Of a stretch of DNA of 64,000 bases, positions 10,079 to 19,595 are shown in pieces. A model generated the notes under the pieces. The model was not told where the DNA came from and did no database searches. It saw only the letters and a program-made list of their open reading frames with translations. The translations under genes and the position numbers were made by a program. The stretch spans positions 192,001 to 256,000 of the forward strand of contig CAVUQO010000003.1 of assembly GCA_963743635.1 (NCBI GenBank). The letters run 5' to 3'. The DNA comes from Candidatus Babeliales bacterium. Its GTDB lineage: Bacteria; Babelota; Babeliae; Babelales; Vermiphilaceae. Each line of letters begins with the position of its first letter. Positions within the stretch are counted from its first letter, which is position 1.

Positions 10079-12640
10079 ATGATCACACGCATTCTTGCAA
10101 AAATTATTGGGACTAATAATGCGCGTCAGTTGCGCAGAATCCAGCCCATTGTGGACAAAATTAACGCATTTGAGCCGGCTATTAGTAGTCTTAATGATGA
10201 ACAGCTTGCCGCCAAAACGATGGAATTTCGTGAGCAGCTCAGTCAGGGCAAAACGCTCGATGATATTTTACCTGAAGCGTTTGCAGTAGTGCGTGAAACC
10301 AGTAAACGAGTTATGGGGCAACGCCATTACGATGTTCAGCTCATTGGCGGTATCGTGCTCCATCAAGGAAAAATTTCTGAAATGAAAACCGGTGAAGGTA
10401 AAACACTCACCGCAACATTGCCACTCTATTTGAACGCACTTGCCGGCAAAGGTGTTCACCTCGTTACGGTCAACGATTATTTGGCACGCCGTGACGCAGA
10501 GTGGATGTCTCCTATTTACAACTTTCTCAAACTTGAAGTAGCAGTCTTACAAAACGATATGCCTGATCATGAACGCAAAAAAGCGTATGCTGCCGATATT
10601 TTATATGCAACGAATAACGAGCTTGGGTTTGATTACCTGCGCGATAATATGAAGTTTCGCTTAGCCGATTATGTGCAGCGGGATCCAGTCTATGCGATCG
10701 TCGATGAAGTTGACTCTATTTTGATTGATGAAGCTCGTACACCATTGATCATTTCAGGAGCTACTGATAAAAGTAGTCGTCTCTATGTTGATGCCAATCA
10801 AGTGGTCAAGCATTTCAAAAAAGATGAAGATTATGTGGTCGATGAAAAAGAACGTTCATCGCAATTTACCGACGTTGCGATCGACAAAATTGAAAAGGCA
10901 TTCAATATCACCAATCTTTATGCCATTGAGCATTTGCCGCTCTTGCATCACGTAACGCAGGCCTTGCGCGCGAATACATTGTATCGCCGTGACGTTGATT
11001 ATGTGGTCAAAGATAAAGAAGTTCTCATCGTAGATGAATTTACTGGACGTATTTTACCAGGGCGCCGCTACAGTGATGGCTTGCATCAGGCGCTAGAAGC
11101 AAAAGAAGGCGTTGAGATTGAGCAAGAAAGTCAGACGCTCGCCTCTATTACTTTACAGAACTATTTCCGTTTATATAAAAAGCTTGCGGGTATGACTGGT
11201 ACTGCAGCAACGGAAGCAGAAGAGTTTTATAAAATTTACAAACTTGACGTTATTTCCATTCCAACCAATAGAGAAATGATTCGCGATGACAAAGCGGATC
11301 TTATATTCCTCACGAGAAATGCAAAATATAAAGCGATCGTAGACGATGTAAAGGCGCGCTATGATAAAGGTCAGCCCGTTCTAATTGGTACCATTGCAAT
11401 TGAAACATCTGAGCTGCTGAGTGCAATTTTGAGCGCTAATGGCATTAAGCATGAAGTGTTGAATGCGAAACAGCATGAACGCGAAGCGGAGATTGTAGAA
11501 AAGGCAGGGCATCCAGGGCATATTACGATTGCAACCAATATGGCGGGCCGTGGTACCGATATTAAACTGCTTCCTCCTTCACGAGAAGCGGGTGGTTTGT
11601 ATATTTTGGGTACAGAGCGGCATGAAAGTCGTCGTATTGATAATCAGTTGCGAGGTCGTTCAGGCCGTCAGGGCGATCCTGGTGAATCACGTTTTTATAT
11701 CTCACTTGAAGACGATTTAATTCGTATTTTCGCGGGAGATACGCTGAAAAAGAAAATGGAATTTTTCGGTATGAAAGAAGACGAGATCATCGAATCACCA
11801 TTCGTATCTAAGACCATTGAGCGTGCGCAAGAAAAGGTTGAAAAACACAACTTTGAAATTCGTCGCCATTTGCTCGAATATGATGACGTGCTTAATCAGC
11901 AGCGTAAAGTTATTTACGATTATCGGCGGTCAATTTTAGAGGGTGAAGATCAAATTTTTGATCTTGTCCGTGATCTAATTGCAAGCGCAGCTTCCGATAT
12001 GATCGCGCATCATTGCCAAAGTCGTACGGTTACGTCAGAAGAATACGAGCAAATTGTTGACGGAGTGCATAAGGTTTCGGGATTGAGCCCTGAAGTGGTA
12101 CGTGCTGCCGGCTTTAATACTCAGAATGTTGAACTGCTCAAGCAAGATGTCACTAATTTCTTAATCGATCAGTATGCGCTCTTTAGAGAACAGCATGACG
12201 ATAAAATAATTCAAGACGCTGAAAAATGGCTCATGCTTGAAATTATCGATCAAGCGTGGAAACAGCATATGTTAAACCTCGATCATTTGAAAGAGGGCAT
12301 CGGATTGCGTGGTTGGGGTCAGAAAACGCCACTTATCGAATATAAGAAAGAAGCGTTTGCAATGTTCCAGGATATGATGGAATTTGTGCGCCGTGATATT
12401 GTGCATCATATTTTCCATCTGAAGCTTGAACGATTCAATCAGCATGAATTGGAACGTAAGCGCGAGCAAGAGCTTGATCAGTTGAACATGAGTGGCCCTG
12501 AAGATAGTGGCAATTATTTAAACGATTCAAGCGGCAAAGTCGTGGTCAAACAAGTTCGTCATGAAGATAAAGTTGGGCGTAATGAACCATGCGCATGTGG
12601 TTCTGGCAAGAAATCTAAAAAATGCTGTGCAAGTAAATAA
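10079..12640 (+). CDS. secA: Preprotein translocase ATPase SecA
   Basis: EMKTGEGKT, VDEVDSILIDEARTPLIIS, ATNMAGRGTDI, QLRGRSGRQGDPG, C-terminal SEC-C zinc motif. Confidence 0.98.
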   Translation: MITRILAKIIGTNNARQLRRIQPIVDKINAFEPAISSLNDEQLAAKTMEFREQLSQGKTLDDILPEAFAVVRETSKRVMGQRHYDVQLIGGIVLHQGKISEMKTGEGKTLTATLPLYLNALAGKGVHLVTVNDYLARRDAEWMSPIYNFLKLEVAVLQNDMPDHERKKAYAADILYATNNELGFDYLRDNMKFRLADYVQRDPVYAIVDEVDSILIDEARTPLIISGATDKSSRLYVDANQVVKHFKKDEDYVVDEKERSSQFTDVAIDKIEKAFNITNLYAIEHLPLLHHVTQALRANTLYRRDVDYVVKDKEVLIVDEFTGRILPGRRYSDGLHQALEAKEGVEIEQESQTLASITLQNYFRLYKKLAGMTGTAATEAEEFYKIYKLDVISIPTNREMIRDDKADLIFLTRNAKYKAIVDDVKARYDKGQPVLIGTIAIETSELLSAILSANGIKHEVLNAKQHEREAEIVEKAGHPGHITIATNMAGRGTDIKLLPPSREAGGLYILGTERHESRRIDNQLRGRSGRQGDPGESRFYISLEDDLIRIFAGDTLKKKMEFFGMKEDEIIESPFVSKTIERAQEKVEKHNFEIRRHLLEYDDVLNQQRKVIYDYRRSILEGEDQIFDLVRDLIASAASDMIAHHCQSRTVTSEEYEQIVDGVHKVSGLSPEVVRAAGFNTQNVELLKQDVTNFLIDQYALFREQHDDKIIQDAEKWLMLEIIDQAWKQHMLNLDHLKEGIGLRGWGQKTPLIEYKKEAFAMFQDMMEFVRRDIVHHIFHLKLERFNQHELERKREQELDQLNMSGPEDSGNYLNDSSGKVVVKQVRHEDKVGRNEPCACGSGKKSKKCCASK

Positions 12641-12667
12641 CGCACTTTATAGAAATATGTATTAAAT

Positions 12668-12711
12668 AAAAAAGATCGCGCACTACAATATGTGGTGCGC
12701 GATCTTTTTTT
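12668..12711 (+). terminator. Rho-independent terminator after secA
   Basis: aaaaaagatcgcgcac...gtgcgcgatcttttttt. Confidence 0.8.
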
Positions 12712-12756
12712 ATAGATTGCATCCGAAAGCGTTAGGGGCCTTAACATTATCTTACC

Positions 12757-13280
12757 TGGATATTGAATATCATCTTATCCGTCATCCTTCGTCACATTTT
12801 TCATATCACCCCTTCTCTACGCTGAGGATCAATTATGAAAAACACCCAGGAAGGACGGAATGGAAATTCTCTTATTTGTGTAAGTAATACTGTGTTATAA
12901 AGAGCTACATAATAGCTTTTTCCCCGATCAATCAATACCTATAGCAATGAAGCGCCCTCACCTAAAAAAAATCCTCTTTTCCCATCTACGCTTTTACTCC
13001 GAAGTTTTTACTTCACGATGTGTTTTGCTCCATCGGGCTGCGCCGTTTCGTCCTGCCTGTCCGCCATGGTTCGACCCTTAGCTTTTCGCTCAGGACTACC
13101 ATGAACTGGTTGCCGCTCATCCTGAGTCCTGAGCCTGACGAAGGGTCGAAGGAGCCAAGCCGGAAGGCCTGGATAAGCGACGGTTGGGGGTGATTTTCAT
13201 AGATATGCTTTGGCATTAAATAAAAGATATTCTTGAAAATCGTGACGAAGGATGACGGATAAGATGACATACGATATCCA
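12757..13280. mobile_element. MITE/REPIN-like element bounded by 47-bp imperfect inverted repeats, containing nested REP-like units
   Basis: 12757-12803 vs reverse complement of 13234-13280 match at 42/47, with a perfect 26-bp core tcatcttatccgtcatccttcgtcac; no convincing internal gene. Confidence 0.6.
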
Positions 13281-13310
13281 TATGCATAGTATGCAAAACT
13301 GGCAAGAAGC

Positions 13311-13838
13311 TTAAAGAGGCTCTTCTTTATTTTCTTTGAACAGATGTTTCGCCATGAGACGCTCTAGCTCATCGATTATGTCTTGTTCAAGTCGCTCTTC
13401 TTCCAATTCTTGCTCAATTATTTGTGCATTGTGCAGAGCATTTGCTTGGTCTATGATTGCTTGCTTTTGCCGCTGAGATGGATTATTAATAAGGACTCGA
13501 CTTCGTTCTCCCAACCCACGCTGTTTTAATGCTTGCGCGCCTGCTTTGTTGAGTTCTTTTGTCTTTCCACTTCTTCCTTCTGCAGGAATTTCGCGTACTT
13601 CTGGCGCCTCTTCACTAAATTTTATCTTAGTTTGACGTGTTGGCTCGTTTTGTATTGGCGCTTGTGCTGATACCGCTTCTTGCTGCGTCGATACCGGACC
13701 AGCTGCTGGGATTACTGATTCTGCCCCTTCTGGGCTTAATCGGAGCGTCTTTTGAAGGTCGTCTTCCTGTTCCATGGCCAAGGTCGCTTGACTGAGGCAC
13801 ATTAATGCTACCATGACTACTTGTTTTAAATTTTTCAT
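13311..13838 (-). CDS. Small exported protein with RVxF-like (KIKF) motif
   Basis: Signal ending ATLA|MEQ; TKIKFSEEAPEVREI; acidic helical tail. Confidence 0.72.
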   Translation of the reverse strand: MKNLKQVVMVALMCLSQATLAMEQEDDLQKTLRLSPEGAESVIPAAGPVSTQQEAVSAQAPIQNEPTRQTKIKFSEEAPEVREIPAEGRSGKTKELNKAGAQALKQRGLGERSRVLINNPSQRQKQAIIDQANALHNAQIIEQELEEERLEQDIIDELERLMAKHLFKENKEEPL

Positions 13839-13978
13839 ATTCTATCCTTTTTTGAGGCAAATTGTTTACTAATAGAATATAGCAACGAAGGGGTAGAATG
13901 CAATAGTTGGGATGTTTTTTTTTGTTTTCATGCAAAATGCAGGTATCAGGGGGTTATTTTGGTGCGGTATTTCGCGAA

Positions 13979-14193
13979 TAAAATGAAGCGTTCAACGGGT
14001 TAAAACCCGTTGTATCGCGCTGAAATTACGCCATAGCTAAAAACCCGCCTTCGCTGCCCTTCGTCAGGCTCAGGGCTCAGGGCGAGCGAGGCCCGTTCAT
14101 GGTGAGTAGTGAAACGTATCGAACCACGGATGTGGTTCTTGTCGCCTTCATCCGCGCGCTAAAGCACGCAGTTTTCAGCGACGGCGAATAAAA
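13979..14193 (+). mobile_element. ~215-bp non-autonomous element with IS200/IS605-like subterminal hairpins (copy 1)
   Basis: Ends nearly identical to 51902-52113; hairpins caacgggtt-aa-aacccgttg and gcgcgct-aa-agcacgc; central REP-like units differ between copies. Confidence 0.65.
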
Positions 14194-14244
14194 AGAGGCA
14201 GCTGGGATAGCTGCCTCGTGGGGATTTGTCTAATGATACTTGAG

Positions 14245-14967
14245 TTACTTTAAGAACATTGAAGAAGATTGGCCGCCCTCATTTCTTCTGATGCGCTCTA
14301 GTTCTTGTGCGACTCTTTCTTTTTCTTTCTTGTCGATTGCGATACGGTCTTCCTCTGATGTTATCTGTCTTCCCGGTGAATAGATCTCGCAATAAGCTGT
14401 TATTGGATCTGTTCCTAGATCTTCTTGTTCTTCGCGTCGATCAAAATCTATGTTCTGTTCGAGCGCTTTATTCATGGCTTCAAGTTCCGATTGAGACAGC
14501 TTATTAGGGCGTGCTTCTGTGTTGCTGCTTCCTGGTAGAGCAAATCGTACTTTCTTCTTTGTAGTGGGTTCAGATTTTTTGATCCATTGAGCAATGTTAG
14601 AGCGTATCTCATTGATTTCTTCGGGTAAATAGTGCGCCCTTTGAGTTTGAGCAGAAGAATCATCCTTTGCTGGAGGTAAATTTATAATCATTGTTGCAGC
14701 TACTAAAGGTGCTGGTGATGGGGCTGCTGGCAGAGATGGCGTTGGTCTGCTAGCTGAGCTGAGTATTTGTGCGAACACTGAAGGGTGTGGAACGCCTGAT
14801 GAATCAGAAAATGTACGTGTTGGTTCTTGTACCAATGCTTGGGCTTCTCTTTTTGCTTGTTCTGATTTTTTCCATTTTTCTAGCGCTTTCTCGCTCATCG
14901 CCTCTATTGGTAGGTTGTAGAGCGTGAGTGCGAGCACTGCAAATGTTATTATTTTGAATATTTTCAT
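14245..14967 (-). CDS. Exported hypothetical protein with RVxF (KKKVRF) motif
   Basis: GGAGG RBS before ATG 14967; signal ending PIEA|MSE; Pro-rich linker; TKKKVRFALP. Confidence 0.72.
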   Translation of the reverse strand: MKIFKIITFAVLALTLYNLPIEAMSEKALEKWKKSEQAKREAQALVQEPTRTFSDSSGVPHPSVFAQILSSASRPTPSLPAAPSPAPLVAATMIINLPPAKDDSSAQTQRAHYLPEEINEIRSNIAQWIKKSEPTTKKKVRFALPGSSNTEARPNKLSQSELEAMNKALEQNIDFDRREEQEDLGTDPITAYCEIYSPGRQITSEEDRIAIDKKEKERVAQELERIRRNEGGQSSSMFLK

Positions 14968-15220
14968 AGTGTCCTCCCTCAGTGAAGATGGTTTTTTATC
15001 ATTTATTAAGGCTAAAAATAGATACCATAAGAAGTAGAAAGAGGCCATGAAGGCTGTATCTATCTATATTCCAGCCTACAATGGTTAGGGGTTGGTGTAA
15101 AATGGGCGCTCTGAATCGAGGTTTTCGTCTGGGGATTGGGTAAAGAGGCGGGTTTCCAGCCTTTTTACTGGAAACCGGCCTTTTAGATAGCGGTACGTGG
15201 CCCTTTTGCGGAAAATATAG

Positions 15221-17752
15221 TTACATGTTGCCCATCTTGCTTAAAAATTCTACATCCTCCATTGATGCACCGGATGAGCTCCCTGATTCAGTAGTTGTTT
15301 CGGATGCTGGAGAAACCCCTGATGTTGAGCTGCTTGGGCTACCGGATGATGAACTGCTCGAAGATGATGAAGAAGATGATGATGAAGATGATGATGAGGA
15401 AGATGATGATGAGGATGATGAAAGTGTATAAGGAGCATAGATTTTTCTCGTTGCATTGAGTAGTGCCTGTTTTCTTCTCAATTTTTCAAGCATGGGATTA
15501 GGGGTATCTTTTTTGTATCCGGGCATCTTTTTAATTTCATCGAGCAGCTCGCTGACCCGTTTTAGTTCAGCGTCAATTTCATTTATTTTTTTCTGTGCAA
15601 ATGTTGATCTGTGTTGGTGGCCTGTGAATGCGGCGGAATTCATTGCTTTGGTAATGCGTTCATTTTCCAATTTCAAAATGAGCGCATCAAGATATTTTGT
15701 ATCTGCAGTGATTGCGTCTTGAATTGCATCATAGAGGGCTTGCTCATCCGTGCGCATGATAGTGAAGCGTGAGCGCTGGTTTCTTGGCAATACGGGGTTT
15801 TCACTTGTGCTATTAAACTGCCTAAACGTTCCGGCTATAACATTTTTTTGAGCATTAAGAGCATCTTGCTCTTTTTGTAATCTCGCAATTTCATCATTAT
15901 CAAGACTTTTTATTTTTTGTATTTCAAGCTTTGCGATTTGACGGTTAATGGCCTCAAGCTCACGCTGTATCTCTAGCGCTTTAAGCATCCAGTTATTGCG
16001 CGTTCGCATATCAGCCTCATTGAGCTCTGCGGTACGCAATCCTTGAGGATCAGCGGCAAGGCGGACCATTTCTTTTAACACTGCATATTGCCGTTCCGCA
16101 TACGGATAGGTTTCGGTATCCTGAGCCATTTTATTAAGAATGTTGTTATATTCCTCTATTTTTTGACGGGCGATGTGAATGGCTTCTTGAAATGGTTTAT
16201 TCTCAAACAACGTGGCTATTTCTGCTTGTTTAAGTATTCTAAATTGCGCGTCCGCTAACGTATCAATATCATCATCTGTCTGGTTTATGGCTTGCTCTAT
16301 GGCTGCAATACGAGGATCTTGTGCTGCTCCTTGCCTTATCCTATTCAATTGGAAGGTGAGCTTTTTTTGTTCTTCTTGGAACCTTTTTTCTTGGATGCTC
16401 AAAACGTTCCATTTTGGACTTGGAATTGTTGCATATTCTGGTTTGCACGCTTCTGCGCGCATGGCAAGTCTATTGGCAACTCGTTGAGCAGTAAGATTTT
16501 GAGCTGCCTTTAAAAGATCGGCTATCTCTTTTTCACTTGATACATTGGATACTTTTTTTTCAGGTGCTGGTCTTTGTAGTGCTGCAGGTTGTTTGCCTAT
16601 TGTGGTTGATGAACTGCTTGAGGAACTTTCTTGTGGTCGTTCGCTTTTCTGCGGTGCTGGTTTCGTTGATTTCCTGGATGCTTCTATTTTTGCTTGCTGC
16701 TCGGCAAACCAGGCCTGACTTTGTTTTCGCCGCTCTTGCGCTTCCTCTTGCAATACACGCCGACGTTCTTCAGCTTCCGCTGCTGCTCTTGCGTTTTTTT
16801 CAGCTGTTTCTTTATCTACTTGTTCCAAATTTTTTTTGAGTGTTTCTAGTTCTTCTTTTCTTATGCGTTCTTCCTCTCTCATACGTTCTTCTTCGAGCTG
16901 CTTAATTCGTTCTTGCTCTTGTGCGAGTCGCCTTGCCGCTTCATCCTGAGCTTGACGAATGGATTCCTGCTCTTTCCTTACGCGTTCTTCTTCTCTTACG
17001 CGTTCGGCTTCGAGCTGCTTAATTCGTTCTTGCTCTTGTGCGAGGCGCCTTGCCGCTTCATCCTGAGCTTGACGAAGGGCTTCTTGTTCTTTTCTTGCTC
17101 GTTCTTCTTCGAGCAGTTTAATTCGTTGACGCTCAGCTGCACCTTTTGCGAGCCATTCTTCTTCGAGCTGCTTAATTCGTTCTTGCTCTTGCGCAAGCCG
17201 CTCAGCCTCCTCGGCCTGACGAAGGGCTTCTTGCTCTTTTCTTATTCGTGTTTGTTCTTCTTCTAGTGCTTTAATGCGTTTTCGCTCAGCTTCATGCCGG
17301 GCCTGACGAGTGGCTTCTTGTTCGTTTCTTGTTCGTGTTTGTTCGAGGGCTCTGATTCGTTCTTGCTCTTGTGCGAGACGCCTTCTTGCCTCATCCTGTG
17401 CCGCTTGTTGTGCAGCGTTCTGTAATCTTTCACGCTCAAGTTGTTCTTGCGCACGGAGCGCTTCTTCTCGAGCGGCACGAGTTTGCGCTGCGAGTTCTGA
17501 TCTACGTTGGTGTAAAATGTCTCGTAATTTGTTGAGGTCTTGTTGATAATTGCGGCCGCGTGGTTCGACTGCCTCTATGTATCTTTGAATGGTCGCTATA
17601 TTTTCAGGAGTGGCTGGTAGGCTCGCCGCTCGTTTTACCAGCATTTCAGGGTCTTGTCTTATAAGAGGGGCCTGAGCCTGAGCAGCTTGAGTATAAAGTG
17701 CCAATATTGCGGCAACAATTATCATATTGATCAAAGCTTTGATATTTTTCAT
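15221..17752 (-). CDS. Large exported coiled-coil repeat protein with poly-Ser tail
   Basis: Signal peptide; QAPLIRQDPEMLVK domain shared with 17935-19437; RRLAQEQERIKQLE repeats; Ser run near C-terminus. Confidence 0.8.
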   Translation of the reverse strand: MKNIKALINMIIVAAILALYTQAAQAQAPLIRQDPEMLVKRAASLPATPENIATIQRYIEAVEPRGRNYQQDLNKLRDILHQRRSELAAQTRAAREEALRAQEQLERERLQNAAQQAAQDEARRRLAQEQERIRALEQTRTRNEQEATRQARHEAERKRIKALEEEQTRIRKEQEALRQAEEAERLAQEQERIKQLEEEWLAKGAAERQRIKLLEEERARKEQEALRQAQDEAARRLAQEQERIKQLEAERVREEERVRKEQESIRQAQDEAARRLAQEQERIKQLEEERMREEERIRKEELETLKKNLEQVDKETAEKNARAAAEAEERRRVLQEEAQERRKQSQAWFAEQQAKIEASRKSTKPAPQKSERPQESSSSSSSTTIGKQPAALQRPAPEKKVSNVSSEKEIADLLKAAQNLTAQRVANRLAMRAEACKPEYATIPSPKWNVLSIQEKRFQEEQKKLTFQLNRIRQGAAQDPRIAAIEQAINQTDDDIDTLADAQFRILKQAEIATLFENKPFQEAIHIARQKIEEYNNILNKMAQDTETYPYAERQYAVLKEMVRLAADPQGLRTAELNEADMRTRNNWMLKALEIQRELEAINRQIAKLEIQKIKSLDNDEIARLQKEQDALNAQKNVIAGTFRQFNSTSENPVLPRNQRSRFTIMRTDEQALYDAIQDAITADTKYLDALILKLENERITKAMNSAAFTGHQHRSTFAQKKINEIDAELKRVSELLDEIKKMPGYKKDTPNPMLEKLRRKQALLNATRKIYAPYTLSSSSSSSSSSSSSSSSSSSSSSSSSSGSPSSSTSGVSPASETTTESGSSSGASMEDVEFLSKMGNM

Positions 17753-17934
17753 GTGTTATTCTCCTTATAACATGGTAGGGCAGTCATGCTCTTTATCTAA
17801 GACTGTAAATGGAAAAAGGAGAGGAATGCAATAATCAATGCATCAGTGTTAATTCATTTTTTGTTAACAGTAAAAAGATAAGAGGCAACCAGAACGGTTG
17901 CCTCTTGAATATCATTACTGATTTTCTCATGAGA

Positions 17935-19437
17935 TCATTTAGCCTTTCTCATGAGCTCAAATAATACTTTCCTTAATCCATCAAATGCAGGGAGTGCTGC
18001 CCTAGATGTAGATGTTTGTGCTGTGCCTGTTATCTTTGTTTCTAGCGCTAGGAGTGCAGGTGGCGGTGTTTGATGCAGAACCTCAACAGCCTGAATCCAT
18101 AAAGATGCTCCAATTCTAAGCTGCGCAATTCTAACATTGTTTTCAGGAGTAGTAGGCTCGATTGTTGCAATAGAGCTTTCTATTGCTTCCATCTCTTTTC
18201 TTACTGGCATTTCCCATTTGTCCCCCGCGCTTCTAATAAACTCCACCATTGCTGTAAAGACAGCGTTGATCGCATCATCTCTGTCGTCGCCTTCGAGTGG
18301 CTTATACCCGCCGAAATCAATGGCTGGAGCTAGAACCGCTGATCCTGCTGGCGATGGAACTTGTGAGCGTGGGCTTCCAGGCAGTGAAACTTGTGAGCGT
18401 AGGCTTCCAGGCAGTGAAACTTGTGAACCTGCTGATGATGAAGCCGATGGTCCTGCTAGTTGGGCTTCTGCTCGCCGTATAACCTCTGCTATTTCTGGGC
18501 TAATATTAATAAACAAATCTTTTAATGCTTTTTTTAACGCGTCGTTTGCTTCAGTTTTTCCGGCTTTATCTATCAACGCAACTAGCTTTTCGAAGTCGGC
18601 ATACTTGAGAGCTAAGAGGGATAGTTCTTGCTGCAGAGCTCTGTAGGCAGTGGAGCCTTGTTCCTCTGATTCTGGGTTTTCGCGAAGCCTTGCTATATAT
18701 TGTGCACGCCCCTGAAGGTCAGCATAAAGCTCATTAAATAGCGTCTGTATTTGCGCTTGGAGGTCTTGTTTTATTGAAGCCCTAGCAAGAAGATCTGTAA
18801 TAGAAGGCAGTTGTAGTTCTGGTGAAGGAACTTGTGATCCTGCTGGTGATGGAACTTGTGATCCTGCTGGTGATGGAACTTGTGATACCTCACTCGGAGT
18901 TCGAGTTATGGTTGGCAGTGTAGCGGGTATTGGTTCTGCAGGAACTGGGCGTCTAGCAGGTACAGGGGGTCGGCTTATAGTTGGTAGTGTAGCGGGAGCT
19001 ATTGGTGCTGCAGGAACTGCAGGTTCCTCACCCGGCAGTGTAGCGAGAGCTACTGGGGCTGCACGTCTACGTTCTTGAATTGTTGTGGTTGGGCGAGTTT
19101 GCCGACTTGCTGGTGCAGGAGCTTCGGATGGGGCAGGTTGTCCAGGTTCTGCGATAACTGCTTCTTCTCCAGCGGCACCACGAGCAGCTGCGAGTTCTGC
19201 TCTACGTTGTCTTAAAATGGCTCGTAATTTGTTGAGGTCTTGTTGATAATTGCGGCCACGAGGTTCAACTGCTTCTATGTAGCTTTGAATGGTCGCTATA
19301 TTTTCAGGGGTGGCTGTTAGGCGCGCCGCTTGCTTTACCAGCATTTCAGGGTCTTGTCTTATAAGAGGGGCTTGAGCCAGAGCAGTTCGCCCGCAAATAA
19401 GCAGGGTGATGATCGTTAATTTATTCAAAATCTTCAT
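17935..19437 (-). CDS. Exported Pro/Ser-rich repeat protein
   Basis: Signal peptide; same N-terminal domain as 15221-17752; SQVPSPAG and SQVSLPGS tandem repeats. Confidence 0.8.
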   Translation of the reverse strand: MKILNKLTIITLLICGRTALAQAPLIRQDPEMLVKQAARLTATPENIATIQSYIEAVEPRGRNYQQDLNKLRAILRQRRAELAAARGAAGEEAVIAEPGQPAPSEAPAPASRQTRPTTTIQERRRAAPVALATLPGEEPAVPAAPIAPATLPTISRPPVPARRPVPAEPIPATLPTITRTPSEVSQVPSPAGSQVPSPAGSQVPSPELQLPSITDLLARASIKQDLQAQIQTLFNELYADLQGRAQYIARLRENPESEEQGSTAYRALQQELSLLALKYADFEKLVALIDKAGKTEANDALKKALKDLFINISPEIAEVIRRAEAQLAGPSASSSAGSQVSLPGSLRSQVSLPGSPRSQVPSPAGSAVLAPAIDFGGYKPLEGDDRDDAINAVFTAMVEFIRSAGDKWEMPVRKEMEAIESSIATIEPTTPENNVRIAQLRIGASLWIQAVEVLHQTPPPALLALETKITGTAQTSTSRAALPAFDGLRKVLFELMRKAK

Positions 19438-19595
19438 TATGTGTTCTCCTTTTATATGAAGATTATACAATATTTCTTATTTATCACTGTACTGGAATTG
19501 GGCAACAGAATGCAATAGTTCTCATGTTTTTATATGAAAACAGGCAGCCAGAGAGGCTGCCTGTTTTGCAAATTACATGTCTATTGAGTGAGCTT

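Noticed and set aside
13013..13270. 85-aa minus-strand ORF (and 12690-12887 on plus)
   Set aside because: Translations of REP-like palindromes inside the inverted-repeat element
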